64,000 bases of DNA, from contig JBAZKO010000001.1 of NCBI GenBank assembly GCA_041650775.1, forward strand, positions 134,008 to 198,007, read 5' to 3'. Under the pieces are notes generated by a model. The model ran no database searches, was not told where the DNA came from, and saw only the letters and a list, made by a program, of their open reading frames with translations. This document shows, in pieces, positions 49,011-57,708 of this stretch (its first letter is position 1; each line of letters begins with the position of its first letter). Position numbers and translations under genes: made by a program. The DNA is from Patescibacteria group bacterium (lineage in GTDB: Bacteria > Patescibacteriota > Patescibacteriia > Patescibacteriales > UBA12465).

Positions 49011-50204
49011 TTACCCCATTTTTTTCCGAATAAATGCCGGAACGCTTAAATCATCGTCTTCACTATTGCTCGGCCGCTCCGCTTTCTTTTCCAGAGCCGG
49101 TTTAACAGGGATATTCCTAAACACCGAAAATTTTCCTTTGTTTTTATCGATATTGGCACTGGGTGCCGCTTCTTTCTCGTTCTCTTTTTCGATTATAAAA
49201 GCATTGGGAGTATAAGAAGATTTAATCGTTTCGCTCTTCTGGCTTTTGCCGCGACCGTCAAAACCGGTCGCCACTACCGTAATCTTAATGGAATCTTTCA
49301 TCTTTTCATCGATTACGGCGCCGAAGATAATCTTAGCGTCCTCATCGGCCGCCGAAGTTATAACCTTCGCCGCCTCGCTTACTTCCGTCATACTCAAATC
49401 CGGACCGCCGGTAATCGTAAAGACGATGCCCCGGGCGCCATCGATGGACATATCTAATAAATTAGAGTTAATGGCATCCTTGGCGGCTTCTATGGCCTTA
49501 TTCTCGCCTGTGGCCTGCCCGATACCCATCAGAGCCGAACCGGCGTTGGCCATAACGGCTTTGACATCGGCAAAATCAGCGTTAATGATACCGGGAACGG
49601 TAATTATCTCAGCAATACCCTGCACGCCCTGGCGCAAGACATCGTCGGCCGTTTTAAAGGCTTCCAAAAGCGAGGTTCTCTTGTCAATAACCTGCAATAA
49701 TTTATCATTGGAGATAGTAATGATGGTGTCGACTTTATCGGCTAATTCCGAATAAGCCCGATCAGCGATATTTTTCCGCTGTCCGCCCTCGAACATAAAA
49801 GGTTTGGTAACGACCGCTACGGTTAAAGCCCCTAAATCTTTAGCAATTTGCGCGATAATCGGGGAAGCACCGGAACCGGTACCACCGCCTAAGCCGCAAG
49901 TGACAAAAACCATATCGCAACCCTTTAAGACTTCACGGATTTCATTTTGCGACTCTTCAGCCGCGCCCTTCCCCAAATCCGGATTCATACCCGCGCCCAA
50001 ACCCTTGGTTACGGTTTTACCGATATGGATTTTCTCGTTAGCTTTATTATAATGGAGTGCCTGAACATCGGTATTAATCGCGACGAAACCGACGCCTTTA
50101 ATGCCGTTTGCGACCATACGATTAATCGCACTACCGCCGCCGCCGCCGACGCCGACCACTTTTATTTTAGCAAAAGTTTCAATTTCCGGTTTTACTTCAG
50201 CCAT
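49011..50204 (-). CDS. ftsZ: cell-division GTPase FtsZ
   Basis: 397 aa with the tubulin signature GGGTGSGASP, an NTD motif, and the C-terminal peptide DDLSVPAFIRKK. Confidence 0.98.
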   Translation of the reverse strand: MAEVKPEIETFAKIKVVGVGGGGGSAINRMVANGIKGVGFVAINTDVQALHYNKANEKIHIGKTVTKGLGAGMNPDLGKGAAEESQNEIREVLKGCDMVFVTCGLGGGTGSGASPIIAQIAKDLGALTVAVVTKPFMFEGGQRKNIADRAYSELADKVDTIITISNDKLLQVIDKRTSLLEAFKTADDVLRQGVQGIAEIITVPGIINADFADVKAVMANAGSALMGIGQATGENKAIEAAKDAINSNLLDMSIDGARGIVFTITGGPDLSMTEVSEAAKVITSAADEDAKIIFGAVIDEKMKDSIKITVVATGFDGRGKSQKSETIKSSYTPNAFIIEKENEKEAAPSANIDKNKGKFSVFRNIPVKPALEKKAERPSNSEDDDLSVPAFIRKKMG

Positions 50205-50254
50205 AAAATTATTGGAGATTAAATTGAATTGATTGGAAAAAAATTAGAAATTAA

Positions 50255-51514
50255 TTATTTGGGCATTATTTTATTCCACAAACCCTTGGTTTTTTCCAGA
50301 ATCCCGCCTAAATTCTTCTTAAAATTATTCTGGCTGGCGCCTTCAAGTTCCGTATGACTGCCCCAGATGACCAAACCCAAAGCCGTTAAAAATTCCGGGT
50401 TTTTCACTTTATCGATTACGACATTGATATTCTTGGCCAGACCGACAGCCGCCGGCAGACGCAATTTCTTTTTCGCCGCCTCCACCAAATCGTCTAATTC
50501 CGCCCCGCCACCGACAAAAATCACGCCAGCCGGAAGCATACCGGAACGATCGATTTTTTTAAACTCATTGTCGACTTTATCAAAAATTTCTTCAACACGC
50601 GCGTTTATTATTTCCGCCAAATATTTCCGGGAAATAAAGCTGATATCATCATTAACCTCTTCTTCTTTCACCAGCTCACTGACATCGACTTCGTCTTTCT
50701 TGTCGATTTCATCAGCCGCCGCACTGCCATATTCTTTCTTTATTCTTTCGGCCAGATTTATCGGACAACGCAAACCGATAGCGATATCGGCAGTAATATG
50801 TTCGGCACCTAAAGGTAAAATCGCGGTATGAATCAGATTGCGCTCTTCATAAACCGCCAAAGAAGTCGTCGCCGAGCCTAAATTAATCAAAGCGACGCCC
50901 AATTCTTTTTGTTTCGAGCTTAAAACCGCTTCCGCCGCCGCGAGCGGAGCGATTACCAAATCTTCAATTTCCAAACCTGTCCGGTAAATAGCCTTGGTTA
51001 AATTTTTTATCTGCGTGCTTAGTCCTTGGATAATCAGAGTTTCAACCTCCAGCCGGATTCCAGTCATGCCAATCGGATCTTTCACGTCGCCCTGGTTATC
51101 GACGCTGAATTTAATGGGAATGACATGCAAAATTTCATAATTTACCGGAACCGCCAAAGCGCGCGCCGCTTCAATTGCGCGATTGACATCATTTTCATTT
51201 ATTTCACCATCGCTCCGACCGACTGCCACCACGCCCTTGGAGCGTTCACATTTTATATGAGGATCATTAATACTGACCCAAACGCGAGTAATCGGCACGC
51301 CAACCAGACGTTCTGCTTTTTCTAAAACGGCAGAGATAGAGGAAGTCGCTTCTTCGATACTATTAACTATCCCGCGGCTGACGCCGGCAGTCGCTTCGGA
51401 AACGGCGCCAATAATCTGCAGTTCTTCGCCGGCCGGTCCGGGAATCTTTTGACCGATTACCAGTCGGATAGAAGTCGAACCAATATCCAAACCGGCGATA
51501 ACATTATCTTTCAT
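50255..51514 (-). CDS. ftsA: cell-division protein FtsA
   Basis: 419 aa with an actin-like fold (GLDIGSTSIRLV, VGGGAELD). It is located upstream of ftsZ. Confidence 0.93.
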   Translation of the reverse strand: MKDNVIAGLDIGSTSIRLVIGQKIPGPAGEELQIIGAVSEATAGVSRGIVNSIEEATSSISAVLEKAERLVGVPITRVWVSINDPHIKCERSKGVVAVGRSDGEINENDVNRAIEAARALAVPVNYEILHVIPIKFSVDNQGDVKDPIGMTGIRLEVETLIIQGLSTQIKNLTKAIYRTGLEIEDLVIAPLAAAEAVLSSKQKELGVALINLGSATTSLAVYEERNLIHTAILPLGAEHITADIAIGLRCPINLAERIKKEYGSAAADEIDKKDEVDVSELVKEEEVNDDISFISRKYLAEIINARVEEIFDKVDNEFKKIDRSGMLPAGVIFVGGGAELDDLVEAAKKKLRLPAAVGLAKNINVVIDKVKNPEFLTALGLVIWGSHTELEGASQNNFKKNLGGILEKTKGLWNKIMPK

Positions 51515-51589
51515 AATGGTTTAAATTAAAAATATGGCAATATTTAACACGAATTATTGCTACTGATATTATACCGAATTTATAAAGAT

Positions 51590-52375
51590 TTAACAACAAA
51601 ACTGTAAATACCAGGCTAGTATCCTATTTCCCCAAATCAAAGTGATAACGGCTCCCAGGGCTAAAAACGGACCGAAAGCGATTTGCGACTTCCAGCCCTT
51701 TTTTTGTAAAGACAGCAGAATTAAACCGATGAAGGCGCCAAAACTATAAGATAAAACCAGAATTAAAAGCATTTCGGCGGCGCTAGGAAAAGACAGACCC
51801 AAAAGCGCTCCCAGCCAGATATCGCCCTCCCCTATTCCCTTCTTTCTCGTTAGTAAATATTGTATTAGGAAAAAGACGGCGCCGATAATAGCAAAGAATA
51901 ATAAGGCCTTCCAGGAAAGCCTCAACAACAGATTAGCGCCACAAATCGCCGCGCCCAGCGGCCAAACCGCGGCCATAGGTACCAGCTGCCAGCGAAAATC
52001 ATAAACGAAAATAATCACGAATGTTATGATTAATAACCAGTCGCGAAGCAGAAGTAGAGAAAACTGCCCACTAGCGGCGTCCGCCCAAAAAGTCAACAAA
52101 AAGAGAACGGCGGTTGCTAATTCCACCAGCGGATACTGCCAGGAAATCAAAGCCTGACAATGACGACAGCGGCCGCCGAGCAGGCAGAAACTAAGGAGAG
52201 GGATATTGTCATACCAGGCAATGGTCTGTCGGCATTTAGGACAATATGATCGACCGCCTAAAGTTTCATTTTTATACAAACGCCAAATCAGGCAATTCAG
52301 GAAACTGCCGATAATCAGGCCGAAGATAAAAACGAAGACGGAAAAAATAACTTGAGTTGAAAAGATAAAAGGCAT
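51590..52375 (-). CDS. pilD: prepilin peptidase (A24 family, PilD-like)
   Basis: 261 aa. N-terminal CPKC...CRHC zinc motif, a polytopic body, and a catalytic-Asp context GIGEGDIWLG. Confidence 0.88.
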   Translation of the reverse strand: MPFIFSTQVIFSVFVFIFGLIIGSFLNCLIWRLYKNETLGGRSYCPKCRQTIAWYDNIPLLSFCLLGGRCRHCQALISWQYPLVELATAVLFLLTFWADAASGQFSLLLLRDWLLIITFVIIFVYDFRWQLVPMAAVWPLGAAICGANLLLRLSWKALLFFAIIGAVFFLIQYLLTRKKGIGEGDIWLGALLGLSFPSAAEMLLILVLSYSFGAFIGLILLSLQKKGWKSQIAFGPFLALGAVITLIWGNRILAWYLQFCC

Positions 52376-52383
52376 AGATTATT

Positions 52384-53202
52384 TTATTTTCTTGTTTTAA
52401 TTATTATTTCTCTAATAGCGTCCACTAGTCGGAATAGTTTCAATTTCTCTAAAATAAATCTTGTTCCCCGCCGCCAATAATGATAACCGTAGATGAGAAA
52501 AAAAATGAGCGACGGCTTTTCATTCTTTAATCTGATAGCCATTTCTTCTGATAAACCGACGAAATACCGTCTAGCGCTGGTTCCACCTTTCCCTCGGAAT
52601 TTGACGAGAGGAAGGGGATCAAAATAAAAACGATTGGTCGTTTGTTCCAAACGATAAAGCCAATCAATGTCCGCCGCTACCGTATAGCGTAAATCAAATT
52701 TCCCTACCCGTTCGATAATTTCTCTTTTACAATAATAAGTCGGATGGGCAAAATAAGTCGAGCTATATAATTGATCTCGCCCGGTTTGACGATGAGGAGC
52801 AGCGCCTAATAAAGCAAAAGGTTTTTCCAATTCTTCATCACAAATTATCATTCTTGAACAATAATAATCAATGTCCGGATTTAGAAAAGCAGTCGCCACT
52901 CTTTCTAAGGACTTTTTATCAAAAAAAACATCATCAGAATGTAAAAAACCGATTATTTGTCCCTTGGCATTATTTAATCCTTTATTGAACGCCTCATAAA
53001 GCCCTTTATCTCGGCCGCTGACTAAGGTTGGCTCCTTATAATACTCCCTGATAATATTGAGGGTGTCGTCCGTCGAACCGCCGTCGATAAATAAATGTTC
53101 AAAATTTCTATAAGTCTGCTCTTTAACCGAATTTAAAGTGGCCCGTAAATGGCGAGCGCTATTATAAGTACAGGTAATGATTGTAATTTTAGGATTATTC
53201 AT
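52384..53202 (-). CDS. family-2 glycosyltransferase
   Basis: 272 aa with ITIITCTYNSARHL, FIDGGSTDDT and HSDD (DxD). Confidence 0.85.
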   Translation of the reverse strand: MNNPKITIITCTYNSARHLRATLNSVKEQTYRNFEHLFIDGGSTDDTLNIIREYYKEPTLVSGRDKGLYEAFNKGLNNAKGQIIGFLHSDDVFFDKKSLERVATAFLNPDIDYYCSRMIICDEELEKPFALLGAAPHRQTGRDQLYSSTYFAHPTYYCKREIIERVGKFDLRYTVAADIDWLYRLEQTTNRFYFDPLPLVKFRGKGGTSARRYFVGLSEEMAIRLKNEKPSLIFFLIYGYHYWRRGTRFILEKLKLFRLVDAIREIIIKTRK

Positions 53203-53235
53203 AGGGACTGAAAGCCAAATTTTTGGAAATCAAGT

Positions 53236-54042
53236 TTAACCTTTCCGACTAAGCTTAAAAATATATTTTCCCAGATAGTAATTATATTTCCCTTGACGCC
53301 AAGTCTCTTTCAGCCCGGCACCGTGAACGATGTTTTCCCAAAAAGATTTAAGAAATTTTAAAAGCGGCAATAGACGAGATCTCGCCTGCTGGCGGGAAAA
53401 ACTATAAGTTTTAAGCCAATCAGTTCTCTCGGCCTGAAAATTGTCCAACTCTTTAAAATCTTTCAAAATATATTCCGCTTGGATCATCGCCCATCTTTTC
53501 TGTTTATCCGCCTGGGCTGTCGAATAATCCTTAACCTGGTGTCCTAAAATATAAGTGGAAATTTTCATCCGTCCTCGAGTCTGCCAGGCTAAATGCGGCA
53601 TGGAAAACCAATATAAATCAATTTTCTTAAACAAAATCGATTTGCGGTTCTTTCCCGGCAAGAACCGGCCGTTATAGTGACTCAACCACCGGAACGAATA
53701 GGCACTTAAACCTTCTTCCTCAGCCTCTTTAACCAAACGTCTTAAGCTATTCTTTAATTCATCAGACAAAAATTCATCGGCGTCTATCCGCAAAAGCCAA
53801 TCACCTGATGCCTGTTCGATAGCCAAAACCAAATGAGCCTCCATTATCCCGACATGCGGCCGGAGGAATATTTTCGCGTCATACTCGCGACAAATTTCCA
53901 AAGTCTCGTCCTGGCATTCGCCGTCATGGACGACAATAATTTCATCAACCGCCTCCCGCAAACTTTCCAGGCAACGGCGAATATTCTTCGCCTCATTATA
54001 AACCACCAGACAGGCGGAAATTTTTATTTCCTTATTCCCCAT
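53236..54042 (-). CDS. family-2 glycosyltransferase
   Basis: 268 aa with ISACLVVYNEAKNI, VVHDGECQDET and RIDADE. Confidence 0.82.
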   Translation of the reverse strand: MGNKEIKISACLVVYNEAKNIRRCLESLREAVDEIIVVHDGECQDETLEICREYDAKIFLRPHVGIMEAHLVLAIEQASGDWLLRIDADEFLSDELKNSLRRLVKEAEEEGLSAYSFRWLSHYNGRFLPGKNRKSILFKKIDLYWFSMPHLAWQTRGRMKISTYILGHQVKDYSTAQADKQKRWAMIQAEYILKDFKELDNFQAERTDWLKTYSFSRQQARSRLLPLLKFLKSFWENIVHGAGLKETWRQGKYNYYLGKYIFKLSRKG

Positions 54043-56362
54043 AATCTTCTTTCCAATTCAAAATTTCTTGATTATCCGGCGCCAATTCCCGAGCTTTTTC
54101 CAGATATTTAAGAGCCTTAGCGTGATCGCCCGTTTCCCGATATAAAGCGGCTAAAGCGAGCGACCAATTATAATCGGCCGGATTACGCGTCAATCCGTGG
54201 GCGACATATTCCCGAGCGGTCTTTAAATCGCCGCGCCGATAATAAGTGTCGGCGATTTTCTTCAGCAAGGTAAAATCGTCCGGATTACTGCCGTAAGCGA
54301 GCCGATAGTATTTTTCGGCGGCTGGATAATTTTTGGCCGTCTCATAGAGAGCGGCAATCCTATAGTCGATAAAGTACAAGTAATGAAGGACATTTTGACG
54401 ATGGAGGTCGTTCAGGCGCGAATCGCTAATCGCGGGTAAATTGAGCGTGGCCAGTTGATAAGCGACAATCGCTTCCTGGGAATCGCCCTGCGCCGCCCAT
54501 ATTTTTCCCTGCTCCAGGTAAACCAGCGGCCAATTCGGAGTCAGAGCGATGACGGAAGACAAATAATCTTGAGCGACGGAAAAATTTCCCAAAGCATTAT
54601 TGATTTTCGCTTTCAATAATAAATTTTTATAGCCGCTCGCTGATAAAGAGGCGTCAATCTCCTTTAATCTGCGGGCGACTGCTTGTTGCGGAGCCAAGTC
54701 CACAATCGACGGATAAAATTCGCTCAGTCTTTCTCCCAGGAAATAATCATAAGCTTCCTGATTAACCGGATTTGTTTTCTGCTCTCGCACGTAACTGTCC
54801 AAAGTCAGAGCGGTAAAATAATCCGGTGTGGTTAAAGTAAAATAAACGGCGTTGAAATAATAATCGGCCATCAGGGTTTTAAATTCGCGGTTAATCTGGC
54901 GAAAAATTAAAAAACTTATAAGTAAAAGCCCGATAATCTTGAGTCCTAATAATTTTTTATAGCCTTGCCCGGCGGCGGAAGTTTCTTCTCCCGTTTCCCG
55001 GCCGCTGTCTGTCCGATTAAGCGCCACCAGCAAGGCTAAAAAAAGCCAAAAATAAATTTCTCCGGTCGTGAAAGCGAAACTAAACAATAAAGACGATAAA
55101 TAAGCGGCCGCGCCAAAAGCCAGAGCCAGCGACAAGGCGGACTGTTTCTTTTGCCTAATATTATCCCGCGCCAGACGAAAAAAATAATAATATAAAACCG
55201 TAAACAGCAACAGACCGACGGCGCCGGCGTTAAGCAAGATATCCAAAAACAGATTATGAGCGCGGTCGGCGGATTGGCCGACTTCGCCGTAAACGCCCCA
55301 GTCCGGCTGATAATAACGGATAAAGACATCACCGGCGTTTTCCAAACCATAACCTAAAAGCGGCCGCTCTTTTATCGCTTCGGCCGCGGCTAAATAAAAA
55401 TTAACGCGGGCGCCAACACTGCCGGAGTTAAGATCGAATAAAGAGCTGAGGTGATTCGGCAAAAGATAATTCAGCGCGCCCAGCGCTCCGATCGCTCCCA
55501 ACAAAAATAACGATATAACCAAATATTTTTTCCAACGCCGCCAGGAAGAAGAAAATAAAAGATAGACCAAAAATAAAGCGGCCGCTATAAGCAAAGCGAT
55601 CAGTCCGCCGCGACTGCCGGTTAAAACCAGACAAACCAGCTGACTGGCTGCCGCCAAAAAATAAGCGAACTTAATAAGCGGCCGGCGACTCTCGTAAAAC
55701 AGATAAAAACTCAAAGGAATGACCAACAGCAAAAAAGAAGCTAAAAAATTAGGCTGGCCGAAAGAAGAAAGAACCCGATGCGTCAAAAGGGGCGGTTCCG
55801 GCCAGGTTGTGAAATCCAAGCCAAAAATCTGAAGAAGACCATAAAGAGATACCAGCGAAGCGGACAAAACGGCGACCAGCGCGACTCGTTTTGTTTTTTC
55901 CGCTAATTTGTCATCTTCTCCTCGCCGGCGCTTGTTATTAACGGTTAAAATGTTAAAACTGACCAAAACAAACCAGAGAAAATAAAACAAATAACTGCTC
56001 AACCCTTGTTGGCGCTCTATTATTCCGTAGAAACTGAGCATCGGATTTAATGAACCGAGAAGCGTCAGGCTCAGGCCGACGATAAAAATTGTCGGAATCA
56101 GCCAATGTTTTTTAAAGAATTTTCCGGCCGAACGTGGCCGGACGGGAATAAAAAAAATAACTTTAACGGCCGTAAAGAACAAAAGAAGACAGACCAGAAT
56201 CTTGAATAAGATTATCTTATTGAGTTCAAAAATATTATAAGTAGGCAGGAGATGCGCGAACCACAGTGGAATTAAAAAAATCGTCGCCAGATAAGCGAAT
56301 TCGATCAAGAGATCCAGGGTTTCCCGGACAGATTGGCCAGACAAGCGCCAATTTAATTTCAT
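54032..56362 (-). CDS. O-antigen-ligase-like (Wzy_C) polytopic membrane protein with C-terminal TPR domain
   Basis: 776 aa. About 12 TM helices with a large loop (SADRAHNLFLDILLNAGAVG, Wzy_C-like), followed by about 300 aa of TPR repeats. It overlaps the next gene by 11 nt. Confidence 0.75.
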   Translation of the reverse strand: MKLNWRLSGQSVRETLDLLIEFAYLATIFLIPLWFAHLLPTYNIFELNKIILFKILVCLLLFFTAVKVIFFIPVRPRSAGKFFKKHWLIPTIFIVGLSLTLLGSLNPMLSFYGIIERQQGLSSYLFYFLWFVLVSFNILTVNNKRRRGEDDKLAEKTKRVALVAVLSASLVSLYGLLQIFGLDFTTWPEPPLLTHRVLSSFGQPNFLASFLLLVIPLSFYLFYESRRPLIKFAYFLAAASQLVCLVLTGSRGGLIALLIAAALFLVYLLFSSSWRRWKKYLVISLFLLGAIGALGALNYLLPNHLSSLFDLNSGSVGARVNFYLAAAEAIKERPLLGYGLENAGDVFIRYYQPDWGVYGEVGQSADRAHNLFLDILLNAGAVGLLLFTVLYYYFFRLARDNIRQKKQSALSLALAFGAAAYLSSLLFSFAFTTGEIYFWLFLALLVALNRTDSGRETGEETSAAGQGYKKLLGLKIIGLLLISFLIFRQINREFKTLMADYYFNAVYFTLTTPDYFTALTLDSYVREQKTNPVNQEAYDYFLGERLSEFYPSIVDLAPQQAVARRLKEIDASLSASGYKNLLLKAKINNALGNFSVAQDYLSSVIALTPNWPLVYLEQGKIWAAQGDSQEAIVAYQLATLNLPAISDSRLNDLHRQNVLHYLYFIDYRIAALYETAKNYPAAEKYYRLAYGSNPDDFTLLKKIADTYYRRGDLKTAREYVAHGLTRNPADYNWSLALAALYRETGDHAKALKYLEKARELAPDNQEILNWKEDYGE

Positions 56363-56368
56363 ACGATA

Positions 56369-56377
56369 ATTATAACA
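56369..56377 (-). promoter_or_regulatory. extended -10 promoter (TGTTATAAT) 6 nt upstream of the ATG
   Basis: The minus strand reads TGTTATAAT-tatcgt-ATG, which implies a leaderless or near-leaderless mRNA for the Wzy_C/TPR gene. Confidence 0.5.
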
Positions 56378-56405
56378 AATTAAGGCTATTTTTTACAGCC
56401 GCCTT

Positions 56406-56440
56406 AATAAAAACCCCCGCAAATACGGAGGTTTATTTTT
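56406..56440 (-). terminator. intrinsic terminator after the acp gene
   Basis: On the minus strand: ACCTCCG-N6-CGGGGGT followed by TTTTATT. The structure is palindromic enough to work in both directions. Confidence 0.65.
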
Positions 56441-56460
56441 TTGACGAACTACGGTAATTT

Positions 56461-56706
56461 CTACCAAACGACTTTAACGACGTAATCTACTACGTTTTCA
56501 ACCGTTGCGAAATCGTTGATCGTTTCGTCCTTAATACTGATGGCGAACTCTTTTTCCACTTTCACCGCTAACTCGGCGATGTCTATGGAATCGAGCCCCA
56601 AATCATCTCTCAGTTTGGATTCCAGTAAGACCTCTTCTTCATCCAAACCGTTTGCCATCGCGATAATCCCTCTGATTATCGGAAATACTCTACTTTTTCT
56701 GGCCAT
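56461..56706 (-). CDS. acyl carrier protein-like protein
   Basis: 81 aa with the four-helix ACP pattern and the phosphopantetheine-site context DDLGLDSIDIAELAV. Confidence 0.8.
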   Translation of the reverse strand: MARKSRVFPIIRGIIAMANGLDEEEVLLESKLRDDLGLDSIDIAELAVKVEKEFAISIKDETINDFATVENVVDYVVKVVW

Positions 56707-56764
56707 TTACAAATATTTTAAGAACAACAATAAAAATATTGACGCTATGATAAGCTAAAACTTT

Positions 56765-57673
56765 TTATTTCTGCCGTCTGGCTATCTTGTCCCAAACAAC
56801 CAAAGCCGGGCTGGCGATGAAAATGGAACTGTAAGTGCCGATGAAAATACCAACAATAAGCGCTAGGGCGAAATCTTTGATAGTGTCGCCACCGAAGAAA
56901 AGAATGGCTAAAAGGGCTAAAATCGCGGAAAAAGAAGTATTAATTGATCGGGTTAAAGTCTGGTTGACACTGCGATTAACCGTATTTTCAAAATCTTCTT
57001 GGCTCTTGGGCAAATTTTCGCGGATACGATCAAAAACGATAATCGTATCGCTGACACTATAACCCAAAACCGTTAAAACGGCGGCAATGAACGGCGTGTT
57101 AACTTCAATACCATAGAAATGCCCTAGAACCGAAAAAACGCCGAGAATGAATAGAATATCATGGACCAAAGCGATAATGGCGGCGACGCCGTATTTCCAG
57201 GAAGCGACCGGTTTAGATACTTTTCGGAAAGCGAAGGAAATATAAATGATAATCATTACAAAGGCGATAGCTGTGGCGTTAAAAGATTTGCTTTTTAATT
57301 CTTGGCCGATGGTCGGACCGACTGAATCGAATTGCAGTTCCTTAAAAGAGGCCCCTGGTTTATCTTTAACCAAAGACTGCAGCTTCTTAACCGTCGCCTG
57401 ATGCGCCTCTTCGGAATTTTCTTTAAAACGCAAAATAGTAGAATTCTCTGTCGGCTGAACGATTAAGTTATGTAAATCAGAATCTTTGAGACTATCTTGA
57501 ATTTCCGTAATACTGGGCTGATAGTTCTTAAATTCTACCTCCAACAAGCTCCCGCCGGTAAAATCGATGCCGAAATTCAAACCCCAGAAACAAAGGGCGA
57601 GAATGGAAGCGACTACGGCTAAAGTGGAAAACGAGAGGAAGATTTTTCTTTTTTGGATTATCTTATAAATCAT
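56765..57673 (-). CDS. secF: protein translocase subunit SecF
   Basis: 302 aa with GIDFTGGSLLEV and six TM helices. It follows secD. Confidence 0.93.
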   Translation of the reverse strand: MIYKIIQKRKIFLSFSTLAVVASILALCFWGLNFGIDFTGGSLLEVEFKNYQPSITEIQDSLKDSDLHNLIVQPTENSTILRFKENSEEAHQATVKKLQSLVKDKPGASFKELQFDSVGPTIGQELKSKSFNATAIAFVMIIIYISFAFRKVSKPVASWKYGVAAIIALVHDILFILGVFSVLGHFYGIEVNTPFIAAVLTVLGYSVSDTIIVFDRIRENLPKSQEDFENTVNRSVNQTLTRSINTSFSAILALLAILFFGGDTIKDFALALIVGIFIGTYSSIFIASPALVVWDKIARRQK

Positions 57674-57708
57674 ATGATGAATTAAAAATTAAAAATGAAA
57701 GAATGGCG

